Below, in pieces: positions 35,601-36,448 of a stretch of DNA of 36,448 nucleotides. The notes below the pieces were generated by a model. The model was given only the letters and a program-made list of their open reading frames with translations, had not been told where the DNA came from and made no database searches. The DNA comes from an uncultured Clostridia bacterium (lineage in GTDB: Bacteria; Bacillota; Dehalobacteriia; UBA4068; JAAVYR01): the NCBI GenBank assembly GCA_946562005.1, contig CAMNVD010000003.1, positions 1-36,448 on the forward strand, written 5' to 3'. Made by a program: the position numbers and the translations under genes. Within the stretch, counting starts at the first letter, position 1. Every line of letters starts with the position of its first letter.

Positions 35601-36448
35601 GGAGGTAGAAAAGGAACTTGCATTGATGCGGCAGGTAAAAGCGGCCTATTTTGATGGGCTGAAGGGAGAGAATGTTGCTCGTGATGATGTGCGGACAGAC
35701 CTTATGCCGTTCCTGGAGGTATATCAAGATGCTAATGGAAATCTTGTCTGGGTGCGAAACCACAGTGACAGCGTAGGCTATGGTATTGTACCCACACCTA
35801 TAAAGGGTTGGGAAGATTTGGAGCTGTGGCGGCTTTTCAAATCCAGCAATCCCAATGTAGTCAGCCATGAGACGTTGGAGGTAACTCGACAGCCAGAGGC
35901 AAAAGGGGTAACGGTGACTAGTTATCTTTCCAGTGAGACCCTGGGAAGGTATGGAGAACTATACAAAAAAGACCCTGTCCGTTACAGTGAATATGCAGAT
36001 TGTGCAGAACTGTATTATCAAGAGGTTTCTACTGATGCAGTGGGGTCTGCTGCAAGGGTTATGAAAAAGGTTTCTCCAAAAGCGTCTATCCCGGTGGAAA
36101 TGAATGCGTTGTTTATGCCAAATAGGACAGTGTCTATGGTGGTGAGAGGTACTAAAAACCCCGATAGCGCTGTGCCGGTAGTGGAGACCATAGATGTTTC
36201 TTTTTCCCTCCTGGGGCTGGATGGAACGGAATGGATTTCGGCTACGGACTTGACTGATTTAGAGGAATCGTCTACTGTATATGATGTGTTTACCAGAATG
36301 TTAACAGATGAAGGATACACTGCTACCCGGCAAAGGGGTACCTATATCGTTTCTATCAGTGGTCCAAAGGGGACTTTATCAGAAAAAGAATATGGGGACC
36401 GTTCTGGTTGGATGTACCGTGTTAATGGGAAAATCCCTGATGTTTATA
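32683..36448 (+). CDS. Large secreted/surface protein with GLUG-like, Ig-like and DUF4430-like domains (3'-truncated by the window; not in ORF track)
   Basis: GAGGAGG RBS; signal peptide MRKTKVFLLL...AWA; FQGSFNGNGHKI and VGGIVG repeats; the same frame reads SGWMYRVNGKIPDV at the window end. Confidence 0.85.
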   Translation, partial: MRKTKVFLLLWVFMLFLCLWSGMAWAAEVPVSTAEEFAAMSADGSYVLEADITIRAPWGDMSTPFQGSFNGNGHKITLDIQATAAYQGVFAVLDGATVENLLVDGEIHTTLGYAAGIAAKMTNSTVRNCGSEVMIVSTGNNSTNFGGIAGWASGSTIEGCYSNSAISGKIKNVGGIVGQTQSVGCIIRNCYNLGDITSTGTSAVRAGGIVGYGNKAGTIENCYTAGVIDNTVQSGAFAGYLTGTTAENLKSCYYFTAGHSQAVGFAVSGSDTTGITAKSKEDLKGLTVDLGPAFAENPKGGYPILTWQVVSAPEPAKPSIAIVSSNGDILWAEKGGNHENDTTLKVTYKEMGDGTPAVTWSVDDTEIIKGQLAENNGDYIVTAQKGGVATVTATVEYEGEIYTASCEIRVVPHFTTVEIKNMESAYAGNIAVGQTVTAVANTFGGAEFDATAYPGLSLDYQWYRYEPIANQVTMISRATGKTYTITEDFQEGDKIGVSVYCNGQEVHSYVDGQKTVRSADYGKLYAIAYGEDVMNLPVDVKEDIQLMLPFSVTRDDITAQIEWSGFNAIIAADGGVTRPKSGKIQVTLRAKFIYGDAFCNRDIKITVWSDEAIDADVNDKQIILKEALGSLGSSYTMYPVYGKDSNINTMLSEALAAKGYADITASVKTVQEIYGGAAIRENGDIVYFYAEPNLLPVIKHGSYRVTFTLEKDGVALDYEDVPVIIYWDRDLVKAVMTSEILDKVTLDSENLLTGNISLPKVVDGKRWTQISWQSSNDRVLSISSENQTTADTLFAPYVGVVKPGQAEQSITLTAAFTFQFTNDVTGREEPIVLYKTFDMTVAPLDAEQAAAIQAELWAKLDQGFAAKGLRDAVTGELLASDANGVYTVGNDIQLPTTRDFGVDGKYYPITITSDDETVAKAPDVANAARVEIYRPGVGQPDAMATITVTMQDKDTSVVASRTFTISVSALTQAEVEKELALMRQVKAAYFDGLKGENVARDDVRTDLMPFLEVYQDANGNLVWVRNHSDSVGYGIVPTPIKGWEDLELWRLFKSSNPNVVSHETLEVTRQPEAKGVTVTSYLSSETLGRYGELYKKDPVRYSEYADCAELYYQEVSTDAVGSAARVMKKVSPKASIPVEMNALFMPNRTVSMVVRGTKNPDSAVPVVETIDVSFSLLGLDGTEWISATDLTDLEESSTVYDVFTRMLTDEGYTATRQRGTYIVSISGPKGTLSEKEYGDRSGWMYRVNGKIPDVY

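Noticed and set aside
32983-36320. Several short minus-strand ORFs at the right end
   Set aside because: All are antisense to the single long plus-strand ORF starting at 32683

Overview
Clostridia-like (Bacillota) chromosomal window with four parts. (1) 73-1110: an AT-rich radical SAM gene. (2) ~1213-15281: a headless contractile phage-tail locus (PBSX/diffocin-like tailocin). It has a CI/LexA-like repressor, an ArpU/RinA-like activator, tail terminator, sheath, tube, a frameshifting chaperone, a short tape-measure protein (TMP), baseplate genes, a Kelch-like-repeat tail fibre, an XkdX-like ORF, holin and an M23-SLH lysin. No capsid, portal, terminase or integrase gene is visible. (3) 15383-17137: Trp T-box-controlled trpB2. 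(4) 17199-32300: a 15.1-kb PICI-like phage satellite bounded by a 13-bp direct repeat (TATGGTAAAATAA). That repeat is the extended -10 box of the promoter for a cobalamin-riboswitch-controlled surface protein (32683 to window end). The satellite carries an integrase, repressor, SprT-like protease, hammerhead ribozyme, primase-helicase with iteron ori, sigma factor, AbrB-like regulator and a surface protein. Most unusually, it also carries a stand-alone full-length TMP clearly homologous to the TMP of the neighbouring tailocin, with no other recognisable tail gene. All family assignments are by eye from motifs and synteny; no searches were run.
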